Origin: Vicugna vicugna
Taxonomy: Eukaryota
DNA: 64,000 nucleotides
Direction: 5' to 3'
Assembly (NCBI GenBank): GCA_013265495.1
Contig: MU058636.1
Span: 6,235,741 to 6,299,740, forward strand
The translations under genes were made by a program, and so were the position numbers. Under the pieces are notes generated by a model that saw nothing but the letters and a program-made list of their open reading frames with translations, did no database searches and was not told the DNA's origin. How positions within the stretch are numbered: the first letter of the stretch is position 1; each line of letters opens with the position of its first letter. Positions 62,781 to 64,000 of this stretch are shown here, one piece after another.

Positions 62781-64000
62781 GCCAGCACACATCTCCATGG
62801 CTTTTGTTTATTTTCTCCGAGGCTCCCCAGGAGTTCCCACGTATACTGAACAACCACAGTATTTCTATACGTGATTACTTTCACCACACGATTACCAAAT
62901 GGGAAAAACCTGTAACATTCCAGGTTTCCTTCCTCTCTTAATTATGGGCTTAGCAATCAGAGGAACTTTAATATTTAATATCTATGCAAAACACTTAATG
63001 GTTATAAAGTGATGTTCCATCTCTGATGTAAAACCAGGGTTCAAGTGAACGCCAAGCAAAACGACTCTGCTTGCCTGGCACACAGTCAGGCCAGAGGCTG
63101 GAAGAAAGAATGCACTTAAACTCATTACAGGTGACTGCAGAACCATCTCATGCCTCAGCTCTGGTCCCCACTTTGCTTTTTTCTCATGAATTATACAGGC
63201 GACTTAAGTCATCAAGTAAAGGGGGCCTTTCATTGTCAATAGCCCTCCACACCCCCATGATGCAGACAAGTTGATAAACAGGCTACTAATTAAATTAACA
63301 TTTTGCAATGTATGATTCAGTGTCGTTCACTGTAAAAACTAACCTTCCAGACTTTGAATATTTACCTTCTTGCCTGATTGTGCTTTGCCTCCGGTAAGTG
63401 TTGGAGGACCGCCAATATTATTCTCCTCTGATAGGTGACAGATTTCAGGAATTATCAGAGTATATCACCAAGTGATCTTTTATACATTAAAATGAAATAC
63501 CAGGACTGCCTAATAGATGACAACTTGAAACTGAGGGGGAACAATTTCTATTCATAATAAATTATCAGAAAGATCCTTACCTATGAATATTTATAGGGAG
63601 TCACTGATTGTAGCTTGACTTTACAAACCTCTTTTAAAGCGAGCCACCTCAGGGTTCCATGGGGTTCGGGTATTGCTAGTGCCATCACCAGGCACAGGAG
63701 GGAGATTTCGAGGTTTGCAGTTGGGCCCCGGAGCATCACTCAGAGCAACAGAAAAGCAGCCCTCCCCAAGAGGTGATGTCAGACGAAAATGATGACAAGC
63801 CCCGGTGTCACGGGTGATGATGGTATGAGACCAGAGCCAGCAGGTGGGAGGCTGTCAAGGCAGCTCCAGCTAGCGCTGGAGCCAGAACTATGAGGGCCGC
63901 AGTGCTGTGGGGCACGCGTGCCCATGGTGCTGGGATAGCCGTGCGCTGCTCCGATGGCTTTACTTCGGCCTCAAAAGGGAATTTATTTGCTTCTTACCAG

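Noticed and set aside
63788..63830. C-box motifs (ATGATGA, GTGATGA) suggesting a C/D snoRNA
   Set aside because: No downstream CTGA D box or terminal stem within range
1..64000. Prokaryotic-type systems (CRISPR array, operon, defence island), V(D)J RSS arrays, tRNA/rRNA genes
   Set aside because: The repeat landscape is mammalian; I saw no regularly spaced repeat-spacer array, no correctly spaced heptamer-nonamer pair and no recognisable structural RNA

Overview
This is eukaryotic, placental-mammal genomic DNA, not prokaryotic. I found no recognisable protein-coding exon, RNA gene, operon or CRISPR array. The ORF-track ORFs are short chance frames or decayed transposon remnants. The window reads as a long intron or intergenic region. 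Much of it is ancient eutherian repeats: MIR, L2, L3/CR1, L1M, MaLR MLT1 LTRs, MLT2/LTR16/LTR33 ERVL LTRs, an ERVL pro-pol relic, hAT-Charlie and Tigger DNA transposons. One young 5'-truncated L1 with a 16-bp target-site duplication has a 3' end resembling camelid L1. This, plus no visible Alu, Bov-A/BovB, PRE-1 or Can-SINE, suggests alpaca, llama or camel (inference). Repeat families were assigned by eye from recalled consensus sequences, so subfamily names and boundaries without a TSD are approximate. The best non-repeat leads are a compact GLI/SOX/POU/homeodomain motif cluster (~19.2-19.3 kb), a recursive-splice-site-like AG|GT exon (25,975-26,054) and a small CpG-rich promoter-like patch with a strong splice donor (~30.3-30.5 kb). 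I see no convincing evidence for a new biological system.
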